A stretch of DNA of 64,000 bases from Octopus vulgaris (GCA_951406725.2 OX597831.1:35526001-35590000); one strand, 5' to 3'. Counted from the first letter of the stretch, positions 40,701 to 54,812 are shown. The notes: generated from the sequence alone by a model not told the origin. Numbers and translations: made by a program.

Positions 40701-41427
40701 TCCATTATACGGAGTGGTTGGCGTTAGGAAGGGCATCCAGCTGTAGAAACTCTGCCAGATCAAGATTGAAGCCTGGTGCAGCCATCTGGTTCGCCAGCCC
40801 TCAGTCAATCGTCCAACCCATGCTAGCATGGAAAGTGGCCGTTAAACGATGATGATGATATACATACATATATGTATACATACATACATACATACATATA
40901 TATCTACATATATATATTACACCATTCATATTACAGTATTATATCTACACTAACTGCACCACATCCAGAACTACTTACCTCCCTTACACATAATCTTTTT
41001 ACTCAGGGACTAGTAGACCCAACACCATTTGGTAATTGGTGCACATTCAAAGGCAGTGAACAGTAATTGACAAAACCGGTATGACTTTGAATCCCTTTAA
41101 CAATTCATAATACTGACTTTTATTCCTCTTAATTCTACCTCAGTTCATCTAATTGTATATATTTATCATTACTTGTCATAAAAAAGCCTTTATTTTTTTG
41201 ATATTCAATATGTATTTTTGCTTTTTTCTTCTTACTTTCTCCATGTCTCTTCCACGTGTAGTTTCTATTTTTCTTTTTAACGTGGCGTTAGGAAGGGCAT
41301 CCAGCTGTAGAAACACTGCCAGATCTGACTGGGCCTGACGAAGCCTTCCAGCTTCACAGACCCCAGTTGACCCGTCCAACCCATGCTAGCATGGAAAGCG
41401 GACGCTAATTGATGATGATGATTATGA

Positions 41428-41463
<36 letters not shown>

Positions 41464-41666
41464 TTCAAATATATAGAAAATAGAAGACAAATACAGGTGA
41501 AGGAACAACAAGCAGGTGTATTAGTTTGATGCATGAGAAGAATGGAGTACAGTTTTGCAGCCTTATTATTAACTTTCTTCTTCGTCACTTTTATACTCAA
41601 CTCACTGAAAATTGTTGTTTTCCTCTTTCTTTTTTCCTCATGAAACCTCTCTTTGATTCCATCAAG

Positions 41667-41885
41667 GCAAGGACGTCTCTGGCCGCCGTCGATTCATCTT
41701 TGAAATACAAAAAGAAAGGTAAACCACCCAAGAAAAAGCACCCGGAAACCCTCGAAAAATCTGGCACTGCAAAGAGGTTATCTCCACCAATAATGGACAG
41801 CAGTGTCAGTGATGAAACTGTAATGAAATTTAAGATGCCAGACTTTATGCAGCATCATTTGAAGAATTCGGCAGAGTTCATGTTT
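41667..41885 (+). CDS. CFAP221: Internal coding exon (73 aa, ARTSLAAVDSSLKYKKKGKPPKKKH...MKFKMPDFMQHHLKNSAEFMF) of a CFAP221-like gene
   Basis: Pyrimidine tract then ATCAAG acceptor, consensus donor GTAAGT at 41886, 219 nt open, phase 0-0. The C-terminal end is positionally equivalent to human ...SMKPPEALAMSLDYDPLYVF, which precedes NPNPGL. The exact acceptor is less certain than the donor. Confidence 0.78.
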
Positions 41886-43275
41886 GTAAGTGAAATGCTA
41901 TTTTCATTACATCGGTCATTTCCTTTATTCCTTTGTTAACCTTTTTGTTACCCTATACTTGCTGAAATACATTCTATTTAAGCATGTCGTATACCCTGGA
42001 GGCTAGTTGTTATAAGAGATATAATCATTTATATTTTGAAAATATTTCTTTTATACACTAGGTACAAGGCCCGAAATTTTTTTTTTTTTTGGTGGGGGGC
42101 CAGTCGATTAGATTGACCCCAGTACACAACTTTATCTTAATTTATTGACCCCAAAAGGATGAAAGGCAAAGTCAACTTTGGTGGAATTTGAATGTAAAGA
42201 CAGATAAAATACCACTAAGCATTTTGTCCAGCATGCTAACAATTCTGCTGTCTTGCAGCCTTAATAATAATGATAATAATAATAACAATAATAATAATAA
42301 TGATAATAATCATAATAATAATAATAATAATAGTAATAAGAGCAATAATAATAATAATGATAATAGCGATAAAAATCTTTTCTACTTTAGGCACAAGGCC
42401 TGAAATTTGTTTTGGGGAGGGTGCCAGTCGATTGATTCGACCACAGTACGCAAATGGTACTTAATTTATCGACCCTGAAAGGATGAAAAGCAAAGTTGAT
42501 CTCAGTGGAATTTGAACTCAGAATGTAAAGACAGACCTATTACCACTAAGCATTTCACCTAACGATTCTGCCAGTTTGCCACCTATAATTGTAATGAATA
42601 ATGCAGTTACTTTGTGTGTGTGTGTGTGTGTATGTGTATGAGTGTGTGTGTGTGTAGTGGGGAAGATGAATAAGTAATGGGGTCATTATATCTATGTTTT
42701 GATGTTCAAATCCTCTGAGAGATGGTCTTTATCGCCCGTTCTTACTTGGTCAGTGAAAATATCATATCTGCTAAGTTCTGGGTCACTAATCATCAACTGC
42801 CCTATTTACTATTGTTATTGTTGTCATCATCATTATCATCAATGTCATCAACATCATCCCTTGTTATTGTCATAATTTTTGTTGTCATTGTAATTTTAAT
42901 GATTGCTGTTTTCATCATCTTTATTGTCATCATCATTATCATCATTGTTATCCATATCCTCATCATAATCATTGTCATCTTTGTTATCATTGTCCTTGTC
43001 ATTATCATTGTCATCATCTTCATCAGCTTCATTGTCACCATCATCATCATCATCCTTGGCATCGTCATTTGGCATCATCATCATCTGCATCATAGTTGTC
43101 TTCATTGTCATCACCACCACCGTCCCTTGTCCCATTCACAGTGCTTTGGCTGATCTCAGGCTATGATAAAGATACTTACCCAAAATGACACAGGATTGAA
43201 CTCATAAATTCAGAATTGCAAGGCAACCCTCTTAACCACCCAACTTGTGCTAGACTTGTGCCATAATTTGAAACC

Positions 43276-43333
<58 letters not shown>

Positions 43334-43334
43334 C

Positions 43335-43389
<55 letters not shown>

Positions 43390-43427
43390 GTAATAATAAT
43401 AGTAATAATTATTATTATTATTATTCC

Positions 43428-43476
<49 letters not shown>

Positions 43477-43479
43477 TAC

Positions 43480-44045
43480 TTTTTATCAGCATGTTTGTTA
43501 CAACCACTTACCAAACAAGACACCCAGTGTCCTAGGGTGAGTGAAGGATAAGAGACATTGCAGTATGACTGAAAGCCTGGGGAGGGGAAGTGGCAGGGGC
43601 AGTAGCGAAATATCATCATGTAATACAACACATATATTTAAATTGATAAGGTTTTTTTTAGGATGTGGGCAGTAATTGTCAGCACAATCTTTTGGATTTC
43701 TCTGAGACATGGTTCTCTTGGGATATTATCTAGATGTTACTAACATTCCTTTCTTATAATACCTAGGGCACCCAAAATAACAGGAACAGTTCTCGCTTTC
43801 AGATGCCACATCTTTTGTATTTCATATTCCAGGTCCTTATATTTACTTAATTTGTCAAATTCCTTTACAGATATAATTTTATCAGTAAGGACACTTACAT
43901 CAATTAGTCTACAAGTATTGTCATCTTTGTCTATAATGATTATGTCTGATCAATTAGCCTGGATTGTTCTGTCAATGTTGACTGGAAAATCCCAGAGGAT
44001 AGTGACACTTTTACCTTCAACGATTGGCTCAGGATGATGCTCACA
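43480..44045 (-). mobile_element. Dong/R4-type non-LTR retrotransposon RLE-domain fragment
   Basis: VTILWDFPVNIDRTIQAN..DIII.DK...C.LIDVSV...KLSKYKDLEYEIQKMWHLKARTVPVILGA; its 3' end abuts (ATT)n. Confidence 0.8.
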
Positions 44046-44231
44046 CAAGTGGCATTTTTGTCTGTCTTTATGTTCTGCATTCAAAATCCACCTAGGTTGA
44101 CTTTGTCTTTCATCCTTTTGGGGTCAATTAAATAAGTACCAGTTGAACACAGGGGGTCAATATAATCAACTCATCCCCTCCCCCAAAATTTCTGCTGTTG
44201 TAGCAAAATATGAAACCATTATTATCATCAC

Positions 44232-44309
<78 letters not shown>

Positions 44310-44585
44310 GGCCAGTGTGAAAGGACCAATTCTGAGCGTGCACACCTGTAAAAAAAAAAAGGAGAATGGCCCTGTTGTTCAGGAACCCATGTCTTTTGTG
44401 GGTTTTTCTACAAGGACCTTAAAGCACCTCCCCAATTGGGAGTTTTAATTTGTTCAATTTTTATTGTTATTATATTGTGTATATGCCAAAACCCATTGCA
44501 TTGTCCTGTTTTTGCCTTTTATGTTGTTGTATGTCTTTTAATGTTTTGTGTGTGAGGCCTTGTGGCCAATAAAAAATTATTGTCA

Positions 44586-44682
<97 letters not shown>

Positions 44683-45057
44683 CATTATTATTATTATTAT
44701 TATTATTTTTATAAAGGATTTCCAACACATTTGTGGGGAATTAATTTTTATTGTAAATTTTCTCTTTAGTTTTTCATCCTCTGAGAGACTATCTACTGTT
44801 TAAACAATATCAAAGTATTGGTTGCTTTAACATTTCTGTCAGGTTGTTGGAAAAACAAATAAAAAGGATAAAAAAAAAATGAAGACATCAATGGAAGAGT
44901 GTAGATTTAATTAGATTAGATGCTCAACTGCACTAGCTGCTGTCAGATGGGAAAGGATCAAGCAGTATCTAATTATCTTGCTGACACATCTGCTTTACCA
45001 AATTTTCCATACGTTGGCTTCAGTATTATATACATACATACATACATACATACATAA

Positions 45058-45090
<33 letters not shown>

Positions 45091-45155
45091 TACACATATA
45101 CACACATGTATATATATGTTTGTGTATATATATGTATATATACATTTTACAGATA

Positions 45156-45202
<47 letters not shown>

Positions 45203-45784
45203 TCTTTTACTCTCTTTTAACTCTTTTACTTGTTTCAGTCATTTGACTGTGGCCATGCTGGAGCACCGCCTTTAGTCGAGCTAACTGACCCCAGGACTTA
45301 TTTTTTGTAAGCCTAGTAATTATTTTATTGGTCTCTTTTGCAGAACTGCTAAGTTTCAGGGATGTAAACACACCAGCATTGGTTATCAAGTAATGTTGGG
45401 TGGACAGACACAGACACACAAACACACATACATACATATATGCACATATATACGATGGGCTTCTTTCAGTTTCTGTCTACCAAATCCACTCACAAGGCTT
45501 TGGTCGGCCTGAGGCTATAGTCAAAGACACTTGCCCAAGGTGCCATACAGTGGGACTGAACCTGGAACCATATGGTTGGTAAGCAAACTACTTACCACAC
45601 AGCCACTCCTATGCCTATATATATATATACGTTCATACATACATATATATATACATTCATACACGTTATACGCGTGTTTGTGTGAGTTTTGTATGTGTGT
45701 GTTTTGTATATGTATATATATATGTGTGTGTGCGCGCATCTGTGTGTATACATATTTGTGTGTATATATATATATATATATATA

Positions 45785-46310
45785 CAGGGTGCGTAAGATA
45801 TTTGAGGACAGGTTTGTTTATAAAAACATATATAATAACAGTTAATAACTTTATTTATCAAAATATGCTAGGAGGATAAAAATATTCTTCCTTTTCTATA
45901 ATGTTATTCAATAAAGCTACCTTCAGCTTCAACAACTACTTCTATGAGATCTAAACCATCTAAATGTTCAAATCAAGTAGTCCTGGTTCATTTTGGACAT
46001 TACTCTGACTATGGCAGCTTTCAAAGTATCTGTGGTGTTATGAGCAATTTCATTAACCTCTCTCTCAACAATGCTCTGGGGAATTAGGAGGCCAAATGTT
46101 AGGGATTATGTGATCATCAAAATTTTCAGCCATCCACTCCTGTGTTACTAGAGCCATGTTTGATAGTGTAGAGTCTTACTGAAACACATATGGCCTTCCA
46201 TTGCATACACTGTCTATCCAGGGCTTAACAATTGTTTCCAGGACCTTAATGTAGGTGGCAGAGTTAACTCTAAGGCCTTGTGGAAAGAAGTAATGAGGCA
46301 TCACATACAT
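45785..46310 (-). mobile_element. Degenerate maT/DD37D-like transposon 3' part
   Basis: PHYFFPQGLRVNSATYIKVLETIVKPW..GRPYVFQ and WPPNSP motifs; TA|CAGGGTG terminus at 45785. Confidence 0.78.
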
Positions 46311-46636
46311 AAAACATCTTGCGCACATGGAGCAAGCATATGCGTATGCTTGTTGCATGTGTGCAAGTAAGTATTTCATTTATTTCTTAATGTATTTACT
46401 GCTGATGACGAGAAAATTCTTTATGAATTAACTCAGAAATTGGACTAATTCAGTAATGATAGAATTTTTTAGAAATTTCTGTCAGCTTGCTTCGAAACGC
46501 GTGTGAAGAATTATATGTGGTTATTGACGATTTTAAGTCTATTTCTTGGCATATTTGGCATAAAAATTCTTTTCTTTTGCCCTTGTTTATAAGTTATATA
46601 TACATATATATATATGCATTTATGTATATATACATT

Positions 46637-46694
<58 letters not shown>

Positions 46695-46701
<7 letters not shown>

Positions 46702-47611
46702 ATTAGTGAATGGAAGAAATGGAGTTGAACGAAGATTGTACAGAATTCCTTTTATTACATTCTACACATGTTTCAAAGGCCACAATTTTCCAAATTCTGA
46801 TTAAATAAGGATACCATATTGCAGCTTTCTCTTCAGGAAAAACCAGGAATTACGTTGTCAGAACAAAACAAAACAAAGGCGCAGCAAAGCAATTCGAATG
46901 AGGACGCTCCTTAAGAGCCAATGGGTAAAATGTTTATCAATGTACGTTGAAATCGGGGGGGTTGGTGGGGGCCGCCAAAAAGGTCCGTTGGAATAAATCA
47001 AGGTCAGGCTGCGGTCAAATCTAGTAGGTGAGGAATTAATGAGAACAAGGGGTGTGGAGATGTTCTGTGTGACCACAGATAATGTTCTGAACATCACACA
47101 GAACATCTCCACACCCCTTGTTCTCATTAATTCCTCACCTACTAGATTTGACCGCGGCCTGACCTTGATTTATTCCAACGGACCTTTTTGGCAGCCCCCA
47201 CCAACGTACATTTCAACGTACATTGATAAACATTTTACCCATGGGCTCTTAAGGAGCGTCCTCGTTCGAATTGCTTTGCTGCGCCTTTGTTTTGTTTTGT
47301 TCTGACAACGTAATTCCTGATTTTTCCTGAAGAGAAAGCTGCAATATGGTATCCTTATTTAATCAGAATTTGGAAAATTGTGGCCTTTGAAACATGTGCA
47401 GAATGTAATAAAAGGAATTCTGTACAATCTTCGTTCAACTCCATTTCTTCCATTCACTAATTATATTAAACTTCAATTATCCGCGCCAACGCACGGTTGC
47501 AACACCATATGGTCATATCCCCAACCGTGTTTTTTCCGCTGTGATTTTTGCTACCCAGGTATCGGTTAAACTTTTGAATAATCCGTAACAAGATAATTCA
47601 TCTTTCCATTT

Positions 47612-47615
<4 letters not shown>
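46695..47615. mobile_element. Penelope-like terminal-repeat insertion with a long inversion (palindrome 46695-47468) inside (TA)n
   Basis: Arms 46695-47072 and 47094-47468 are near-perfect reverse complements; each carries CTGAAGA...GAAAC; a unique tail runs to the next (TA)n. The PLE assignment is inference from architecture. Confidence 0.65.
46744..46852 (-). ncRNA. Type I hammerhead ribozyme motif (left arm copy)
   Basis: - strand reads ttc CUGAAGA gaaagcugcaau...auuguggccuuu GAA aca ug ugu A gaa, with distal aauuccu/aggaauu pairing; GUA cleavage triplet. Confidence 0.5.
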
Positions 47616-47662
<47 letters not shown>

Positions 47663-49283
47663 CACACTCTCACACACGCACACATAAATATACATATATA
47701 CATATATACATACATATATACATGTATACACACATACACTTACATGCATATATACATACATACATATATACATAATACATACATACATACATACAGATTG
47801 ATAGATAGATAGATATAGACATATTTTATCCTCTTGGCCCAGTGCCACTGTATCACTGCTCTCTGCTTGCCCCCCACACCTCTGCCTGTGTGTTCTATCC
47901 ACATGCCTTCTCTCACTCTATTATTGCCATCTGTTAGCACTGACCTGGGTGTTCCACCCACATGTAACAAGAAAACTTTTCCTCACCCTACTCCAACAAA
48001 CCAGTCTACATCTCTTTCTTGCATTTCCTCCTTCATTCACTATGCCTAGCTCTCACTCCCCAATCCTGCCTTCAAATCCTTGCTCCTCTGTATCATTGCT
48101 ATCTGGTAGCCCCTCCAACTCTATATATACCCAGGTCTTTCGTCATTTACTCGCACTCTTTAATCGCACTCCCTTTGCAATATCCTGTCACTTATATTAT
48201 GGCATTTGAACCTCAAGGGTATGCCTTGGCACTTGCCATTATCTATATCTCTCTCTTCTTTATTCAAACATCTCATTTATATTCTGATCCCCATTTCTTG
48301 TGAGTATGCCTGGCATTTTTCCACCACCTCCATCCTGTGGTTTTCCACTTTCTCTTTCTCCTGCACTTCCCTCAGGTTGGGCAACTGTATATTTTCTTTG
48401 TGGTAGCACACCTGTTTTTGTCTTCATTCCTGATCTTTCTCACTCTGGCCGAGTAACCTTGTACTTCCTCTACAGCAAGACACTTGTATCTGTCTCACTA
48501 TAATCTTTTCTTCATCACCTCTTCCAATCCCTCCTCTCCTCTTAAAAGTTTTTTTGTCTTGCAAGTACTTGGTGACCCTGTCAGTGTAGGTGCCACTTAA
48601 AAGCACCCAGTCCACACTGTAAAGTGGTTGATGTTTGGAAGGGTGTCCAGCTGTAAACCTTGCCAAAACTGACCTCACCTGTGCTTGTGCCATGCAAAAA
48701 GCACTAAGTCCACTCTGCTGAGTGGTTGGTGTTTGGAAGGACATCCAGCTGTAAAAATCCTGTCAAAACATCACAGATGTCTAGTGCATTCCTGGCCAGC
48801 TCTTGTCAAACCATCCCACCCATGCTAGCATGGAAGGCAGATGTTAAACGATGATGATGATGATGAGAGACACACAAACACACGTACTCACATGCATATA
48901 TAAATAAACAGTTTGGCTGATTGTTTCTTTGGAGATTGTCAAAATGATGTGGACGCCTCTGATGAGAAACCAATAAGGGTTCGAAAATTGATTCAGGTTG
49001 TGACTCTTGTTTGCAATCTGCGGAGAAATGGCTAAAATTTACCCTGTTTATAATTGTACCATATGTTACATATATATCGGGCATGGCTGTGTGGTTAGGG
49101 AGCTTGCTTCCTAGCTACATGGTTTCGGGTTCAGTCCCACTGCATGGCACTTTGGGTAGGTGTCTTCCACTATAGCCCCGAGCCGACCGGAGCTTTGTGA
49201 TTGAATTCGGTAGGTGGAAGTTACTGCCGTGTGTGTATGTGTGCATATAGCTGCTCAGTGCCTCTCCGAAGAGAGAGAGAGAG

Positions 49284-49338
<55 letters not shown>

Positions 49339-49468
49339 CTTTTCTTTTAATTTTTCCAAAATTTAATTGTTTTCCATACTTACAGTTGAAATAGTCTCAA
49401 TGACTGAAACTGGTACTGAAATATTTTTATAAAATTATTTTAGCATTTTCTGCCTTGACTATTTTTTC

Positions 49469-49502
<34 letters not shown>

Positions 49503-49543
49503 CACATATGTATATACACATATATACATACATATATATATAG

Positions 49544-49601
<58 letters not shown>

Positions 49602-49814
49602 ATAGATATACATGAGTTTCCATGTGCCAAATTCATGGTTCAGGGTTATTGTAGGAGATAATTATTCTCTTCAAGGTGCTGCACAGTGAGATTGAACCAG
49701 AAACCATGTGGTAGCAGAGCAAAGCAAACTTCTTAACCATACTGCCACGCTTGCACTCACAACAGAATTTAAAAGACAGATATCATCATTATCGTTATTG
49801 TCATTGTCGCTATC

Positions 49815-49846
<32 letters not shown>

Positions 49847-50194
49847 CATCATCATCATCATCCTTGCCATTGTCACTCTCATTGCCATTGTTATTATTAT
49901 TATTATCATTGTTATTGTTATTGTTTGTTACTAAACTAAAATATAGAAATTTGAGCAGAACAAAACATGACACAAAGCAACCTATTGTGTAACATGTGTG
50001 TCCACCTTGTAAAATAGCTGTTGACTTCTGGCAACATTACGTTTTATTTTCTATTATTATTTCATTGTCTTTCTTTCATGTAACACACCTTGTACTCTAT
50101 TGCCAAATAATATTCCAGTGAGAGAGAATTTTTATTTTAAAGAACTAAATTAGTTTTATTTCTAAATTTGTTTATTTATTAAAAGAATTTTAGA

Positions 50195-50990
50195 AAAGAA
50201 ACCCACACATATACATACTTACACACATGCTCGTACATATGTGCATGGATGATACATACTTACACACACACACATACACACACACACACTCGTACATGTG
50301 TGCATAATACATATGCATGCATACATATACATACGTATACACACTAACACATGCATATACATACATATACATACATATATACATACATACAAACATACAT
50401 AGACATACACACATACATACATTCATACATATATGTACATGCAGACATACACACATATACACATGCTTACACACACACATACATACATACATATATACAT
50501 ACATACATACACATATATGCAGGCATACACACATATACACATGCATACTACATACATATACACAAACACACATACATACATACACATATGTGCAGACATA
50601 CATATAGACATGCATACACACATGCAGACATACACACCTATACACATGCTTACACACACCTACATACAAACAAACACATACACACATACATGTAGACATA
50701 CACACATATACACATGCAATCATGTACATACAGACATACATATATGCATGCTTACACACACATACATACATACAAACACATACACACACATACATACACA
50801 TATATGCAGACATACACTCATATAGACATGCTTACACATACCTACACACACACAAACACACACACATACATGCATACACATACAAACATACATACACACA
50901 TGCATACACACATGCAGACATACACACATATACACATGCTTGCACACACATACATAGAAACACAAACACTCACACATACATACATATATG
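50195..50990. repeat. (CA/TACA)n low-complexity block
   Basis: Directly visible. Confidence 0.93.
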
Positions 50991-51930
50991 TTCAAGCAAA
51001 ATACAAAGAAAAAATATATAAAGGAAGCTAGAAAGAAATAAAGAGAAGCCTGCCTTTCACCAATCACCCCTACCTCTACCCGTCCCCCTTCTCTTCGCCC
51101 CCATCTGATAAAGAAAGAAATGTAAAAATTTCCATTTTAGAACTTTGGGCCATAATGGTAATTGTCAATTGACTGGTTTGTCTCTATTATGAACCATTAA
51201 ACTAATTAGAACTATTACTTTTACTGCTGTTACAACAACAAAACAAAATGGTGTCGATAATAATAATGATTATAATGATGATGACAACAATGATGATGAT
51301 GATGATGATGATGATGATTGTGATGATGATTGTGTTATTAAAACAGTTAAAATGTTGAGGAAATACTGCAAAATTCTATGCAAACATGTTGAACAGGAAG
51401 AAAACAAAAGCAACTGCAAAGCAGCATTTTCCCCATTTTTTTTTTTATTCTGTTGCTATTCTGTGAGAATTATATAAAAAAAAGAGAAAAGAAAAGAAAA
51501 ACAAAGAAACCAAAAATATGCAAAAAGAAAAAAATATTGTAAAAAATTACAACCCCCCCTCCCCAAACAACCTCCCCTTCCCCTAAAATATAAAATTATT
51601 ATTATAAAAGTAATAAGAAAATCAAAATGAGTTTAAAAAAATGATAAAAAAAAATCGAGACAAAACAAAAAAAAAAATATGATAAAAATGAAAGAAAATA
51701 AAGTGGAAAGAAATAACAGACAAAGAAATAAATAGGCATCACTCTTGGAAAATTGTATTGAAAAATTGTAACCAAATTAAAAAGTTCTTTATTGAACATG
51801 TTTGTATGCTTTGAAAATTTGGTTAATTTTACTGTTGTTAGTAAACAATGATTTTTTTTTCTTGCAAAATATGAAATATGAATTAGATGGTGAAATGGAA
51901 TATTTTGCAAAATAAAAAAATGAGGATATG

Positions 51931-51969
<39 letters not shown>

Positions 51970-51981
51970 GATACATATATA

Positions 51982-52014
<33 letters not shown>

Positions 52015-52520
52015 GGGATAGATAGATTGGTATAGATGTAGATATACATATTTCTGTGTGAGTTTGTGGGTGTATTTATGTATTTGCTGTGAGGTAAAGT
52101 CATGTGTATTTCTTTGATATTGTGTATCAAAAGTCGACTTCTTGCTTTTTCCAGTTATTCTTTCACTCTACAGACTTTGTCACAGCCCCCAAAATCATAA
52201 GTATACATGAGCATTTTTTAAAGCTCCACTGTGAAAAATACCACACTCAGACACAATGTACAATTCACACACACACACACACGTGCGTGTATTCACACAC
52301 ATATGTAACAAGTGTAAGCAGATGGTCTATGGTTGAATGCCCTTCCTGTTATCAACTCTCACTGGTTCCCAAGCAAGGTGATATTTCTCTGGGCCCATGG
52401 ATTGTTTTCACAGAATATTGGGAATAAATGAATGAAATGCATTCATTTATAGCAATCACTTGATGTCAAAGCAAGGAGACACAAACACACACACATGCAC
52501 AAACACACACACATCAATAT

Positions 52521-52623
<103 letters not shown>

Positions 52624-52773
52624 AATATAAGAGAGTGTCCACTATGTGGTCGACTCTTGCACTAAAAATAGTTCCGCTATGGTCTCAACCACCAAGAATT
52701 GTTTCCAAGGAGAATCAGCACAACTACGAACGTAAACGAGCAGGACAAATGAAAAATAACAAAAATGTAGATT

Positions 52774-52852
52774 AATTCTAGACAATTGTTTCGCTATTAA
52801 TGGATTATGCAATTTTACTTACATAATATATCTGTAGCTCTTCAGTAGAATT
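52774..52852 (-). ncRNA. Type I hammerhead ribozyme within a (TA)n-flanked Penelope-like terminal fragment (~52621-53022)
   Basis: - strand: aauucua CUGAAGA gcua..(auuauguaa/uugcauaau)..uagc GAA ac aauu gu C uagaauu. This gives a 7-bp stem I, intact core, palindromic stem III and a GUC site. Confidence 0.75.
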
Positions 52853-53039
52853 TGTCTTGAATACAATTTACTGAACCCCACGCCAGATTTTAACATAACG
52901 TTAAACACACGTGTGGTTCAGTCAATTATATTCGCAGTTATGATTCAAATGCCCTCGTTATAGCGCGCCAACATTCCCGGAAACAAATACTGTATAAAAA
53001 ATTTACTGCAGTATAATTTCTGATATATATATATATATA

Positions 53040-53070
<31 letters not shown>

Positions 53071-53398
53071 GGAGGCGCAATGGCCCAGTGGTTAGGGCAG
53101 CAGACTCGCGGTTGTAGGATCGCGGTTTCGATTCCCAGACCGGGCGTTGTGAGTGTTTATTGAGCGAAAACACCTAAAGCTCCACAAGGCTCCGGCAGTG
53201 GGTGGTGGCGATCCCTGCTGTACTCTTTTGCCGCAACTTTCTCTCACTCTTTCTTCTGTTGGCCTGCTCGCTTAGCCAGCGGGGTGGCGTCATTTAAAGG
53301 CTAAAACAATGCGAAACGCATTGTGACCAGCTATGTGTAGCAACATCTGATAGCCTGGTCGGTCACGGTGACGGTCACGGTGATATATATATATATAC

Positions 53399-53429
<31 letters not shown>

Positions 53430-54741
53430 CACACACACATATATATATTTATATATATATGTATATATGTATATGTATATGTATGTATATATGTATTATG
53501 TATGTATGTATTTATCTATATATATTCGATAGGCTTCTTTCAGTTTCTGTCTGCCATATCCACCCAGATGCATTTGGTCAGCCGGTGGGGGTGGGGGGGG
53601 GGGCAAACGAACCCTTGAGAGTGGAAGACACTTGCTTATGGTGCCATGCAATGGAACTGAACCTAGAACCGCATGGTTGGGAAGCAAACATCTCAACATA
53701 GAGCCACGCCTTCCCTTCATAGATTAACGAGAGCGTGTAATGTATCTGAAGCAATTTTTCAGACATCAGTAACCCTTAGTATAAATATCAAGAACCCATA
53801 GTGGAATATTGAATAGTAGTAGCAGTATCAAGTTATGTTCAACTTCTAAAGATAGCTTGAACTCATTCAATTTCATTAATGTAAACATTCATCTTTAAAA
53901 CTACAAAGACCTGTCCTGTTTAGGTTAGCTTATATGATAAATTAAAAGCAAACAAACTGGGAATGTTATATGTGAGAGAAGAGAGAAGTGCAAACAGCGT
54001 TATGCTCATGCATGTTTGTTTGTACATGCATGCAATGTTGCACATGTGCACTTGAGATAGATGGGTTCATGAAAGACACGTGAACTCACTGTCATACTTG
54101 TGCATAAACACATGTCAGTACAAACACATATATACATACTCACACATGCTTTCATTTATACATATATGCATGCACCCATACATCCATCCATACATATATA
54201 CATAGATATACATATATATATGTGTATATGTATATATATATATACACACATATATATATGTATATATATATATAGGCGCAGGAGTGGCTGTGTGGTTCCG
54301 GGTTCAGTCCCACTGTGTGGCATCTTGGGCAAGTGTCTTCTGCTATAGCCCCGAGCCGACCAAAGCCTTGTGAGTGGATTTGGTAGATGGAAACTGAAAG
54401 AAGCCTGTCGTATATATGTATATGTGTATATATGTATGTGTGTGTTTGTCCCCCTAGCATTGCTTGACAACCGATGCTGGTGTGTTTATGTCCCCATTAC
54501 TTAGCGGTTCGGCAAAAGAGGCCGATAGAATAAGTACTGGGCTTATAAAAGAAGGGTCGAGTTGCTCGATTAAAGGTGGTGCTCCAGCATGGCCGCAGTC
54601 AAATGACTGAAACAAGTAAAAGAGTAAAAGAGAAATATCAACATCATCATCATTGTTTAACATCCATTTTCTATGCTGGCCTGGGTTGGACAGTTTGACT
54701 GGGGTCTAGCAAGCCAAGAGGCTGCACTAGGTTCCAATCTG

Positions 54742-54775
<34 letters not shown>

Positions 54776-54812
54776 GTATGTATATATAGATATCTAGGTG
54801 GATATGGCAGGC

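Noticed and set aside
46858-47305. Pair of near-identical 88-89-aa ORFs on opposite strands
   Set aside because: A by-product of the palindrome, with no recognisable domain.
53070-53145. tRNA gene-like sequences
   Set aside because: They are SINE heads with A/B boxes, continuous with the SINE body, and lack a complete cloverleaf.
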